The translations under genes were made by a program, and so were the position numbers. A DNA stretch of 64,000 bases from a virus: positions 4,496-68,495 of the IMG/VR virus record IMGVR_UViG_3300036900_000443. One strand, given 5' to 3'. Numbering within the stretch: the first letter of the stretch is position 1; each line of letters opens with the position of its first letter. Below the pieces are notes generated by a model. The model saw nothing but the letters and a program-made list of their open reading frames with translations. It was not told the DNA's origin and did no database searches. Below, one piece after another: positions 39,729-47,502 of this stretch.

Positions 39729-40614
39729 GGGCGTCGCCTCGCCGAACATTCACCGCCGATTACTGAACGTACAGAAGCGGGTGGAAGTGTTGCAGAAAGA
39801 GGGGCACAACGAGTATCAGGGGTATGACTACCTCAAGGAAAGCTCGGTGGTGATTGGCACGCGGGAGGCCCTGATCGCGGAGGGCGTGCTGGTGGTGACC
39901 GATGTAGACCACTATGGTCCCGCGGATGCGTACGGAAACGTGTACATCAACGCCATCTATGAGTTTGTCAATGTAGACAACCCGCAGGATCGTATTACGG
40001 TGCGCATCCCTGGCAGCGGACGAGACCTGACGAAGAGTGGTCCGGGGGATAAAGCGCTGCCCAAAGCCATCACCATGTCAAAGAAGTACGCCCTTATGCT
40101 CGCGCTGCTTTTAGCGACCGGCGATGATGCCGAGCGGGCGCGAGAGGACGAGAAGCCGGGCGCAGAGATTCTGCCGAATCGTGCTGCTGCCCCGGCCAAG
40201 GCGCCGCCGCTTGGAGCCACCAGCATTCCTGTAGCGGCGCCTCCTCCGAACGGCAAAGCGGTGGACGAGAACGCCGACATGCAAGTGAAGCAGGCCGCTG
40301 GCATGATTGCCGGCGCTCATCAGCGGGCCGCCAGCATGAAGCAGGAATTAGAGCGCAAGGCGGCCGGCCTCGATCCGCTGCCGCTGGACGTGGATCTCAG
40401 CCTGGATGACGAGGATGCGCAGTGGGTCAAAGACATGACGCGCTTTGCCGAAGACGCGACTTCCGCTGAAGTCGTGGCCGAGCACTGGCTCAACAACATG
40501 AATCACATTCGCACGCTCGCCATGAACGACAAGCCCACCTACAACGAACTTCACCAGCTGTACATCGTGCGAAAAGCCAAGCTTGAGGCACGAGCCATGG
40601 AGGCGAATCGCTAA
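39691..40614 (+). CDS. erf: ERF-family single-strand annealing protein
   Basis: KEGHNEYQGYDY, G.G.D...GDKALPKAITMSKKYAL...L.TGDDAE. Confidence 0.85.
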   Translation: MPEKSSSLTTTIEGVASPNIHRRLLNVQKRVEVLQKEGHNEYQGYDYLKESSVVIGTREALIAEGVLVVTDVDHYGPADAYGNVYINAIYEFVNVDNPQDRITVRIPGSGRDLTKSGPGDKALPKAITMSKKYALMLALLLATGDDAERAREDEKPGAEILPNRAAAPAKAPPLGATSIPVAAPPPNGKAVDENADMQVKQAAGMIAGAHQRAASMKQELERKAAGLDPLPLDVDLSLDDEDAQWVKDMTRFAEDATSAEVVAEHWLNNMNHIRTLAMNDKPTYNELHQLYIVRKAKLEARAMEANR

Positions 40615-40617
40615 GCC

Positions 40618-40866
40618 ATGCCGATCGAACTGACCGCCAATGACGTGGCTTGGCTCGAGAGCTATGCCGACGAAATTATCTTTTATCGTGACAACCAGCA
40701 ACTCCAGCGGGTGCGCATCAGCTTCCGCCGGCAACGTTCGCCGCGCACCGTAGAGCAAAGCGAAGTACACGGAGACACGCTGCCGGAGGCGACCTACCTG
40801 GGGCGCTTAGAGCAGCACCGCTTAGACCACCTTCCCGAACCAGAAGAGGAGAAGCAAGAAGCATGA
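40618..40866 (+). CDS. Hypothetical protein
   Basis: Tightly packed ORF in the operon. Confidence 0.5.
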   Translation: MPIELTANDVAWLESYADEIIFYRDNQQLQRVRISFRRQRSPRTVEQSEVHGDTLPEATYLGRLEQHRLDHLPEPEEEKQEA

Positions 40867-41153
40867 ATGGAACTTCCGAGAAGACACAGGACAGCCGCGG
40901 CGTCCTGTTCTCCATCACGAATAAGCGCAGTGAAAAGGCGCCGGACATCCAGGGCTCGATCGAGGTTGAGCCGGACCTGGTGCGCCAGATGGTTGAACGC
41001 TACAAGCTCGACAAGGGCATCGTGAAGCTGCGTGTGGTGGGCTGGCGCCGTACTCCCAAGGCTGGCGGCAATCAGTATCTCTCGCTCGCTGTCTCGCTCG
41101 ACGTAGAACCGGCCAAGAAGAAGGAGACCGACGAGGAGTTGTTCCAGCTGTGA
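40863..41153 (+). CDS. Putative ssDNA-binding protein (DUF736-like)
   Basis: GVLF..NK..EKAPD..G.I....GW......QYLSL with an acidic/aromatic C-terminal tail. Confidence 0.6.
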   Translation: MNGTSEKTQDSRGVLFSITNKRSEKAPDIQGSIEVEPDLVRQMVERYKLDKGIVKLRVVGWRRTPKAGGNQYLSLAVSLDVEPAKKKETDEELFQL

Positions 41154-41419
41154 AAGACCGCGCCTGGCTCGCCTACGTACGTCAGCTGCCCTGCCTGTGC
41201 TGTCAGGCGCCGGCTGAGCCGCATCACCTGCTGCGCGTACCGGACGGGGAGCGGGGCGCCGGGCAGAAGAATGGCGATCGCTGGGCCGTTCCCTTGTGCC
41301 GGCTGCATCACGAGGAGCTGCATCGGCTGGGCGATGAGCGGCGCTTCTTTGCCGGCTATCTCGATCCGGTAGCCTGGGCCGCCAAGCGGTATCAGGCGTT
41401 CCGGCACCGGCGCCTATGA
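41150..41419 (+). CDS. DUF968/HNH-like zinc-finger nuclease
   Basis: LAYVRQLPCLCC...HH...G.G.K..D..AVPLC..HH..LH. Confidence 0.75.
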   Translation: MKDRAWLAYVRQLPCLCCQAPAEPHHLLRVPDGERGAGQKNGDRWAVPLCRLHHEELHRLGDERRFFAGYLDPVAWAAKRYQAFRHRRL

Positions 41420-41640
41420 GGAAGCTATGGCTCCTGCTGCTCGTTCTGCCTCCGTTTCTGATGGCCAGCTGGCTGGACTATCGCCTGCACGTGTGGGCAC
41501 AGGTCTCAGCGCAGAATGGCCCAGTGATTTCGCTCTCTGTGCGTGGGCAACTCAAGAAGTTGACGCCGACCGAACGAGAGTTTCTGAACCAGGTAGCGCA
41601 CGACATGCTGGCGCTCGAGCGGGCGCCCAAGAACAAATGA
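41416..41640 (+). CDS. Small membrane-anchored protein
   Basis: N-terminal hydrophobic segment; ATGA coupling. Confidence 0.45.
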   Translation: MRKLWLLLLVLPPFLMASWLDYRLHVWAQVSAQNGPVISLSVRGQLKKLTPTEREFLNQVAHDMLALERAPKNK

Positions 41641-42173
41641 CCGACGACACACATTCCAGCTGGATTCCGCCCGAAGAGGAGCCGGACCTTAGCGAAGGCC
41701 TGGCCGCTACCGAAGTAGCCGTCACCTTCGAGGCCATGTACCGCGGCCTGCGCACCATCCAAGGCGGTGTCACGGTCTCCCTGCAGCTGGTGCCCAACGA
41801 TCCGGCAGTCGCCATCCTGCTCGAGGGCGGGCAGAATTCGGTGTGGTTCTGTTCGTTAGTCCGGCTGGGCGAGAACAGTCATACACCAGATCCGACGCCC
41901 TCGCAGATCGAAGGCGCCAAAGCGGTGCGGCGAGCAGCTGTGCTCTGCAAAGATCCCGAGTTTATTCGCTTCTGTGAAGAGCATGGCTACGTAGTCGCGC
42001 TGCTCGAGCAAGCGGCCGCTACGGAAGCCACCGTGAACTTTATGCGCAACTGGCTGGGCATTGCGTCTCGGGCGCAGCTGCGCAATGACAGCGCAGCGCG
42101 GGCCCGGTTGAGCGAGTTGGTGGATCGGTTTTACAGCTGGCGGGACGGACAGCGTCCGGGTGCGCCGCTGTGA
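41637..42173 (+). CDS. Conserved phage hypothetical protein
   Basis: AAVLCKDPEF..F...LGIASR.QL..D..AR motif. Confidence 0.6.
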   Translation: MTDDTHSSWIPPEEEPDLSEGLAATEVAVTFEAMYRGLRTIQGGVTVSLQLVPNDPAVAILLEGGQNSVWFCSLVRLGENSHTPDPTPSQIEGAKAVRRAAVLCKDPEFIRFCEEHGYVVALLEQAAATEATVNFMRNWLGIASRAQLRNDSAARARLSELVDRFYSWRDGQRPGAPL

Positions 42174-42874
42174 GCGAGTGGCAAATTCCAGACTTGCGGG
42201 GCGGCTTGATTTTTACCAACAACCCGAAGGCGCAGTTAGGGGGACAGAGTTGGGAGGACGAAGACCGGGTGCTATGGCTGACCGAGACCGAAGACTTTGC
42301 CGACGAGGTGAAGACGCACGACCTGGTGCCCATCTGGTTGACGCATGGGCCACGCTCGGTACGCATCCTAGCGGATTACGATCGCATCCTCAAAGACCAT
42401 CAGATCGCCATCCTCGAGCGCAGCGATGCGGTGGGCGAACAGTTCGCCCGCCTGGCGGCCGGCATATTGCAGCAGGTGGCGATCGTGCGGCGCGTGCATT
42501 ACCCGCGCAACACCGAGCTGCGCACCTGGCTCGGGCAGTTCTCGAAAAGGAACTTAAAGAGCATGCTGCAATCGACTCCGCTCGCGCCGGTCGAATCTCC
42601 CTGGCCCGAGGCGCGGCCGCGTATCTACAAAGTGCTCGACGCCTGCGGTGCTCGGCTGCTGCCGGACGGCCGCATGGCGTTGTGGCCAGATCTGATTGCC
42701 GACGATCTGAATGAGTTGATGTTGATGGAGTGGGACGACTGGGGCCTGCAGGAATTTGTGGTGCTGAACGACTTGCCGGACGACGAGACCTATCACGACT
42801 ACCTGGTGCGCTATGCCGCCCAGCGTCGGCGGGAAGAGTCGCTCGAGGAATATCTGAAGCGAGTGTTTGCGTAA
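42170..42874 (+). CDS. Hypothetical protein (TOPRIM-like remnant possible)
   Basis: LWLTETE..AD pattern; GTGA coupling. Confidence 0.45.
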   Translation: MSEWQIPDLRGGLIFTNNPKAQLGGQSWEDEDRVLWLTETEDFADEVKTHDLVPIWLTHGPRSVRILADYDRILKDHQIAILERSDAVGEQFARLAAGILQQVAIVRRVHYPRNTELRTWLGQFSKRNLKSMLQSTPLAPVESPWPEARPRIYKVLDACGARLLPDGRMALWPDLIADDLNELMLMEWDDWGLQEFVVLNDLPDDETYHDYLVRYAAQRRREESLEEYLKRVFA

Positions 42875-42884
42875 AGGAGACGGG

Positions 42885-43403
42885 ATGGTTATCACCCCTG
42901 AGATGGAAGCCGCGCTCTATAGCGCTGGCATCAATATTCACCTGGTGCAGCTGCTGCCCAACCGGGACGTCAAAGACGACGAAGGCTGCACCACGCGGGA
43001 TCGGGTCTTCATTGCATTAGTTGCCCGCGGCATCGATCCGGTCGCCGCGGTGGAGGTGGCCTATCCGGAACACGAAGCCGACGATGGCCCCGAGCGGCAT
43101 GCGCAGCGTTTGCTGAAGCGCCCCGAAATCCACACCGCCATTATGGACATCGCCGCCAAAGTGATCCCTAGCGATTCGCCGCTGTGGGTGGCCCGCTTCG
43201 CCGTCGAGAAGTTGGTGATGGTCATCCGCACCACCGACAACGAAGCGCGGGTGATCGACGCCTGCAAGGCGCTGATCTCGGTATTGGGCAAGAGTCTGTC
43301 GGAGCTGGTCGCCGCATTGCCCACCAAGCGTTCCCGCCGGCAGCGGGAGCAGGACATCCGCAAGGTGATTGACCTGGCTGTCGATCGAGTGAGCCTGCAG
43401 TGA
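42885..43403 (+). CDS. Terminase small subunit-like HTH protein
   Basis: FIALVARGIDPVAAVEVAY...AQRLLKRPEI..AI resembles the TerS N-terminal HTH; AAGGAG RBS. Confidence 0.5.
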   Translation: MVITPEMEAALYSAGINIHLVQLLPNRDVKDDEGCTTRDRVFIALVARGIDPVAAVEVAYPEHEADDGPERHAQRLLKRPEIHTAIMDIAAKVIPSDSPLWVARFAVEKLVMVIRTTDNEARVIDACKALISVLGKSLSELVAALPTKRSRRQREQDIRKVIDLAVDRVSLQ

Positions 43404-43663
43404 GGGCGCTGGCTGGTCCGCCGGCACAACGGCTGCTCTTGCTGCGCGATGCGGCACAGTATCTGGGCATCTCGCCGCAAGCGCTCAAGCACAAAGTGCT
43501 ACGCGGCCAGGTGAAGACCGTCAAGATCGATCGGCGCTACCGCTTTGACATCGAAGCACTGGACGAACTGATCCGCTCGCATTTGTTCACCATCGACGAA
43601 TTCCGCCAAAAGACCAAGAAGCGAGCCAAGAAGAAACGAGGACGCACACATGCTGACAAGTGA
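43400..43663 (+). CDS. Excisionase-like HTH protein
   Basis: DAAQYLGISPQAL...G..K.VKI.RR.RFD...LDELI. Confidence 0.75.
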   Translation: MRALAGPPAQRLLLLRDAAQYLGISPQALKHKVLRGQVKTVKIDRRYRFDIEALDELIRSHLFTIDEFRQKTKKRAKKKRGRTHADK

Positions 43664-43937
43664 GCAATATGATCAACTATCCTGCCCGCACTGTAACTGC
43701 GTGGCAGAGATCCATGACGGGGACGGCCCTTCGCAGGCCGGCGCGTATGCGTTCTGCAACGCATGCTTAGGGTATTCCATATACACCGAGACAGGCGTAC
43801 GCAAGGCGCGGATGCCTGACTTTGAACGGCTGCGGGAACGCAACCCGAATGGACTGCTGTGGCTCATTGGGGCCAAGCTCTGCGAGATCGCACGACGCCG
43901 ACACCACGCCGCATTGGAACGGCACGCACGCAATTAA
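43650..43937 (+). CDS. Zinc-finger hypothetical protein
   Basis: CPHC...CNAC. Confidence 0.55.
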   Translation: MLTSEQYDQLSCPHCNCVAEIHDGDGPSQAGAYAFCNACLGYSIYTETGVRKARMPDFERLRERNPNGLLWLIGAKLCEIARRRHHAALERHARN

Positions 43938-43948
43938 AGGAGCTCGCT

Positions 43949-44239
43949 ATGGAAGCAGAACAGGCTAGTCGGCTCAAGATGATGCTCAACGACGCAGCGG
44001 ATGTATTCGTTGAGGTCATTGCCGAACGAGTGGATTACATGCAGGGGCGCCGGCAACGCGTCTTCGATATGGAAAAGACGGCCGAGTATCTGGGTGTAAC
44101 CGAGAATGCGGTCTACCAGATGGTGAAGGAAGGCAAGTTAAAGCCGGTGCGCTGGGACGCACGCAATCGCTTCGATGTCTACGATCTCGATCAATTCATC
44201 GCAGCGCATCGTAACAACGGAAAGAAAGAGAAGGAGTAA
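43949..44239 (+). CDS. Excisionase-like HTH protein
   Basis: TAEYLGVTENAVYQMV.EGKL......RFD..DLDQFI; AAGGAG RBS. Confidence 0.75.
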   Translation: MEAEQASRLKMMLNDAADVFVEVIAERVDYMQGRRQRVFDMEKTAEYLGVTENAVYQMVKEGKLKPVRWDARNRFDVYDLDQFIAAHRNNGKKEKE

Positions 44240-44242
44240 CAC

Positions 44243-44383
44243 ATGAATACCGTTCGACTGATTTGCTTGGTATTTGCATTCGTATTGTTTGTTTTAGGCG
44301 GCCTTATACAGGGCGAGCCACGCTTTCGGCTGGGCTGGTTCGGCATGGCGTTCTTAACGCTGGCGCTGTGGCTGCATGTCTGA
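44243..44383 (+). CDS. 46-aa two-helix membrane protein (below ORF-track cutoff)
   Basis: AAGGAG RBS; MNTVRLICLVFAFVLFVLGGLIQGEPRFRLGWFGMAFLTLALWLHV. Confidence 0.65.
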   Translation: MNTVRLICLVFAFVLFVLGGLIQGEPRFRLGWFGMAFLTLALWLHV

Positions 44384-44708
44384 GTGGATCGCATGCGTCG
44401 TTTGCGGGGCAAGCACCCGCCGCCTATCCGATGACGACGCAGAAGACCCGGCGGTCGCTTGCCCTTGCTGCAGAAGGCACTATCCTTCTTCGCTGATTAA
44501 GGCGGTCTACGACGACTTTCAGTATGCCGTGAAGTTGAAGACCGGAGAAATTATCGTCTTTTCAAGGGCGGAGATCTCTGGAAACTATGCTCGCCTAATG
44601 GGTCGGCCGGAAGCGTATACCAGCTACCAATCGCATGCTCGCTACCCCATCGGACGAGGTACGGACGTGCGCGTGTCTGACATTGTTTGGTGTGAAGACT
44701 TGGGGTAA
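44376..44708 (+). CDS. Hypothetical protein
   Basis: CVVC/CPCC; RGTDVRVSDIVW. Confidence 0.55.
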   Translation: MSEWIACVVCGASTRRLSDDDAEDPAVACPCCRRHYPSSLIKAVYDDFQYAVKLKTGEIIVFSRAEISGNYARLMGRPEAYTSYQSHARYPIGRGTDVRVSDIVWCEDLG

Positions 44709-44722
44709 CAAGGAGAAGCAAA

Positions 44723-44929
44723 ATGCCGTTATATGAAATCGCGATATTGAAGAAGCCCACCAAGAAGGAGGCGGAGGAACAGGGAGCAACAGAAGAGTTA
44801 CTCTTCGGCCCTACCCCCATCGTGGCGCGGGATCCACAATCCGCCCTGATTGCCGTCATCGCCCAAAAGAATGAAGACATCAAGATTGACCCGAACCGCT
44901 GCGAGGTCTTGATCCGCCCTTTCGCGTAG
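44723..44929 (+). CDS. Small conserved hypothetical protein
   Basis: AAGGAG RBS; ends EVLIRPF. Confidence 0.65.
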   Translation: MPLYEIAILKKPTKKEAEEQGATEELLFGPTPIVARDPQSALIAVIAQKNEDIKIDPNRCEVLIRPFA

Positions 44930-45164
44930 CGCCGGAACTCCCAGCGGCGCACTTGAAGACGATCGAACAAAACTGGGAGGTCGCAAAGCAAGCGGGGATG
45001 CAGCAAGCAGCAATGCAGCAGCAAGCAGCAATGCAGGATTGGAGGAATTGGAACTATCAGCCCATGTCTATCTCGCAAGCCCCCGGCATAACGTACAGCT
45101 ATAGCGGAGGCCAGTTGGCAAATCTTATGACGACCGGAAGTCCTATAGCAACCGATAGAACCAC

Positions 45165-45356
45165 ATGAGCGAATTGGAAGAAGTAAAGCAGCGCCTGCTC
45201 AACTTGCTCGAGCACATTGCGAAAGAGATTCGCCCCTGCCGGGCGTGCGGCACGCCGCTCTATTTCGTGCAGCACGAGAGCGGCCGGCTAGCGCCTTACA
45301 CGGCAGAAGGGCTAAACCATTTTGCGAACTGTCCGCAAGCAGAACGATTTCGTTAA
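45165..45356 (+). CDS. Small zinc-binding protein upstream of the RAMP-like locus
   Basis: CRACG..LYF......P....G.NHFANCP.A..FR. Confidence 0.65.
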   Translation: MSELEEVKQRLLNLLEHIAKEIRPCRACGTPLYFVQHESGRLAPYTAEGLNHFANCPQAERFR

Positions 45357-45420
45357 GCATGGCTAGGTCAGGTCCGGCGCGGCCTGGCGGGGCCTGGTCA
45401 GGTGAGGTAAGGGAAGTATC
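45356..45420 (+). ncRNA. Orphan GGY-NN unit upstream of the RAMP-like gene (putative guide RNA)
   Basis: Ten perfect GGY-NN pentamers at 45361-45410, then GGGAAGTATC at 45411-45420. Confidence 0.7.
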
Positions 45421-45449
45421 CATTTCAAATCCGGTAAAGGAAGACAAGG

Positions 45450-46043
45450 ATGATTGAGACCTACGTAATAAAGATTCGAGGCTTATCTCCGTTGCTGCAT
45501 CACCGCTACGGCGGCGAGCAACCGACACAGCCGAAACCGAGGGTAAAGACGCAGGCGTGGATTGACTCTATGCACAAGAAGGATTGGACCACCAGCGCTT
45601 ATTGGGATGAGCAAATCGGCTTTCATGTTCCTGGCGATTCAGTAAGCGCCATGTTGGCGGAAGGCGCCAAGCGCATGCGTAAGAAGCCGACCTTTGAAAC
45701 CTTCTCCGAGTGTCAGGAGTTCATGCTGCCGCTGATCTACTACCGCTCACCGGAAGACAAAGAGGGCGTTTACTTGAAGGGCAACCTAGAAGACTACTAC
45801 GTTCGCGAGCACATTGATCTCAGGCGCTCCGTAATCCCTTCAACCGGCGCCTCGGTTGATCGCTGCCGTCCAGTGTTTAAGCACTGGGGGCTTGAGTTCA
45901 CGGTGAATATCGAGAACCGCTTTCTCTCGTTAGCTGACCTGCAGAGCGCCATGGAGTGGGGATGCCTGTGTGATTTTCGCCCCCGCTTCGGACGCTTTGC
46001 GGTCGAGAAGATTGAGCAGCGCAAGGCGCGTAAAACGGCATAG
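45450..46043 (+). CDS. Stand-alone Cas7/RAMP-like protein (putative RNA-guided effector)
   Basis: IKIRGLSPLLHH, HVPGDSVSAML..GA, RCRPVFKHWGLEFTV and C-terminal G..CDFRPRFGRFAV loop, in RAMP-like order; flanked by GGY-NN units. Confidence 0.7.
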   Translation: MIETYVIKIRGLSPLLHHRYGGEQPTQPKPRVKTQAWIDSMHKKDWTTSAYWDEQIGFHVPGDSVSAMLAEGAKRMRKKPTFETFSECQEFMLPLIYYRSPEDKEGVYLKGNLEDYYVREHIDLRRSVIPSTGASVDRCRPVFKHWGLEFTVNIENRFLSLADLQSAMEWGCLCDFRPRFGRFAVEKIEQRKARKTA

Positions 46044-46731
46044 GGCTTGTGACTGGACGAGTCGGGGCTTGGTCTGGAATGGCGTGGCAAGGGAAGTATC
46101 CAAGCGAGGTTTGGCGTGGCAGGCCGTGCTGAGGCGAGGCGCGGCGAGGCGCGGTAGGGGAAGTATCAAAACAGATTTGCAAATGGCATGGCAGGTGAGG
46201 CCTGGTGAGCCGAGACTGGGCATGGCGAGGCGAGGGAAGTATCCAAGAAGTTTCGGCGCAGTAGGATCTGGCGTGGCGAGGCGATGCATGGCATGGCGGG
46301 GAAAGCTAGGGCAGGGAGAGGCAGGGGAAGTATCCATCGAGATGAGGCTTGGCTGGCTTGGGTGCGGCCTGGTAAGGCCAGTCGAGGCGCGGGTTTGGCT
46401 TGGTGCGGCATGCCGTGGCATGGCTGGGCTTGGTGAGGTCTGGGAAGTATCAAAGCTTTGAGTTGGGGCTGGGCGCGGCTTGGCTCGGCGAGGAGGGGAG
46501 AGGCAGGGCAGGGGAAGTATCAAAGTTGAGTTTCGGCTGAGGCCAGGCTTGGTCTGCTCGGGAGTGGCAAGGTAAGGGAAGTATCAAAAGTTTAACAAGA
46601 ACAGGCGAGGCTTGGTCAGGTTGTGCCAGGCATGGTGCGGCATGGCTTGGTGAGGGAAGTATCAAAAGTTCAATCAGGACAGGCCTGGCAGGGCAGGGCC
46701 CGGCCAGGCAGGGCGAGGCGAGGGAAGTATC
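46044..46731 (+). ncRNA. Array of 9 GGY-NN pentamer units each ending in GGGAAGTATC (putative guide RNA array)
   Basis: GGGAAGTATC starts at 46091, 46158, 46234, 46325, 46442, 46512, 46576, 46654 and 46722. Each copy is preceded in register by about 8-14 pentamers (about 20 in one unit). Confidence 0.8.
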
Positions 46732-46742
46732 AATCGACACAC

Positions 46743-47234
46743 ATGATCAATCCAATACGCCCACATCCAGAGTGGAAGCAGCTCTGGCACGAAATGAATA
46801 CGGTGCTGGCGACCGGGCAGCTATGGGGATATAGCGAGTTGCAAACGATCGCCGGCATTGACGTACGTAGCAGCCGAGGACGAGCACAGTTTCTGCGCTT
46901 CGCCAGAGAAGTAGAAGACAAGCTGGACCTGCACTTCGAGTGCGAACGCACCATAGGCTATCGCGTCGTGAAGGCTAACGAGCACGGCACGTGCAGCCTG
47001 GGGCGTGTGCGGCGTGGGTACCGGCAAGTGAAGCGAGGAGAACACATCGCCTCGCATACGCGCACAGATGAATTAACGGCGACAGAAGCGGCGCGGCTGA
47101 TGAATGTTTTAGCGCACACCGGCCGGCTCTTATCACATTTTGCCGGCGAGACAAAAGTGCTGCGTAAGAACGAAAAAGAGATTCGCCGCGGGGGAGACCT
47201 TCCGCGCCTACTAAAACCAGTGGAAAACAAATGA
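46743..47234 (+). CDS. Hypothetical (winged-helix-like) protein directly after the array
   Basis: ACACAC-ATG start 11 nt after the last repeat; G....YSEL..IAG and IGYRVV..NEH followed by a long helix. Confidence 0.6.
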   Translation: MINPIRPHPEWKQLWHEMNTVLATGQLWGYSELQTIAGIDVRSSRGRAQFLRFAREVEDKLDLHFECERTIGYRVVKANEHGTCSLGRVRRGYRQVKRGEHIASHTRTDELTATEAARLMNVLAHTGRLLSHFAGETKVLRKNEKEIRRGGDLPRLLKPVENK

Positions 47235-47235
47235 T

Positions 47236-47502
47236 ATGACGTTCGGAGAATGGCTGAAGCGTGCTCATCCACGCCATCCCTTTGAGCACGACTTTCGCAT
47301 AGATGCGTTGTTCTACGAGCAGGAGGGCGAATCGTTTGCAGAGGAAGACTTTTCCGATGTGCGCGACCTGATCAGCAACATGGAGCATGCAACGGGACGT
47401 GGCAACCGGCCGTGCGCGGAAGCGGTAGAGGGCGCCGTACGCTGCTGGGTGCGCTGGCGCCAGAGCGAAGAGAGAAGGGCGTCTGTGCCCAGAGAGGAAT
47501 GA
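47236..47502 (+). CDS. YozE/SAM-like small protein
   Basis: MTFGEWL....R....DF..D pattern. Confidence 0.45.
   Translation: MTFGEWLKRAHPRHPFEHDFRIDALFYEQEGESFAEEDFSDVRDLISNMEHATGRGNRPCAEAVEGAVRCWVRWRQSEERRASVPREE

Noticed and set aside
46044-46731. Canonical CRISPR array
   Set aside because: The constant element is only 10 nt and non-palindromic. The intervening sequences vary from 54 to 107 nt and are internally periodic rather than foreign-looking spacers. No cas1 or cas2 was seen.
46044-46731. Simple microsatellite or slippage tract
   Set aside because: Positions 4-5 of each pentamer vary freely while positions 1-3 and the handle are conserved in register, unlike homogenised tandem repeats.
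45898-46740. ORFs across the array (45930-46523 -, 45970-46461 +, 46166-46453 -, 46450-46740 -, and the 5' extension of 46623 +)
   Set aside because: These G/R/A/W- or P-rich translations are by-products of the 5-nt periodicity; unit lengths are mostly not multiples of 3.
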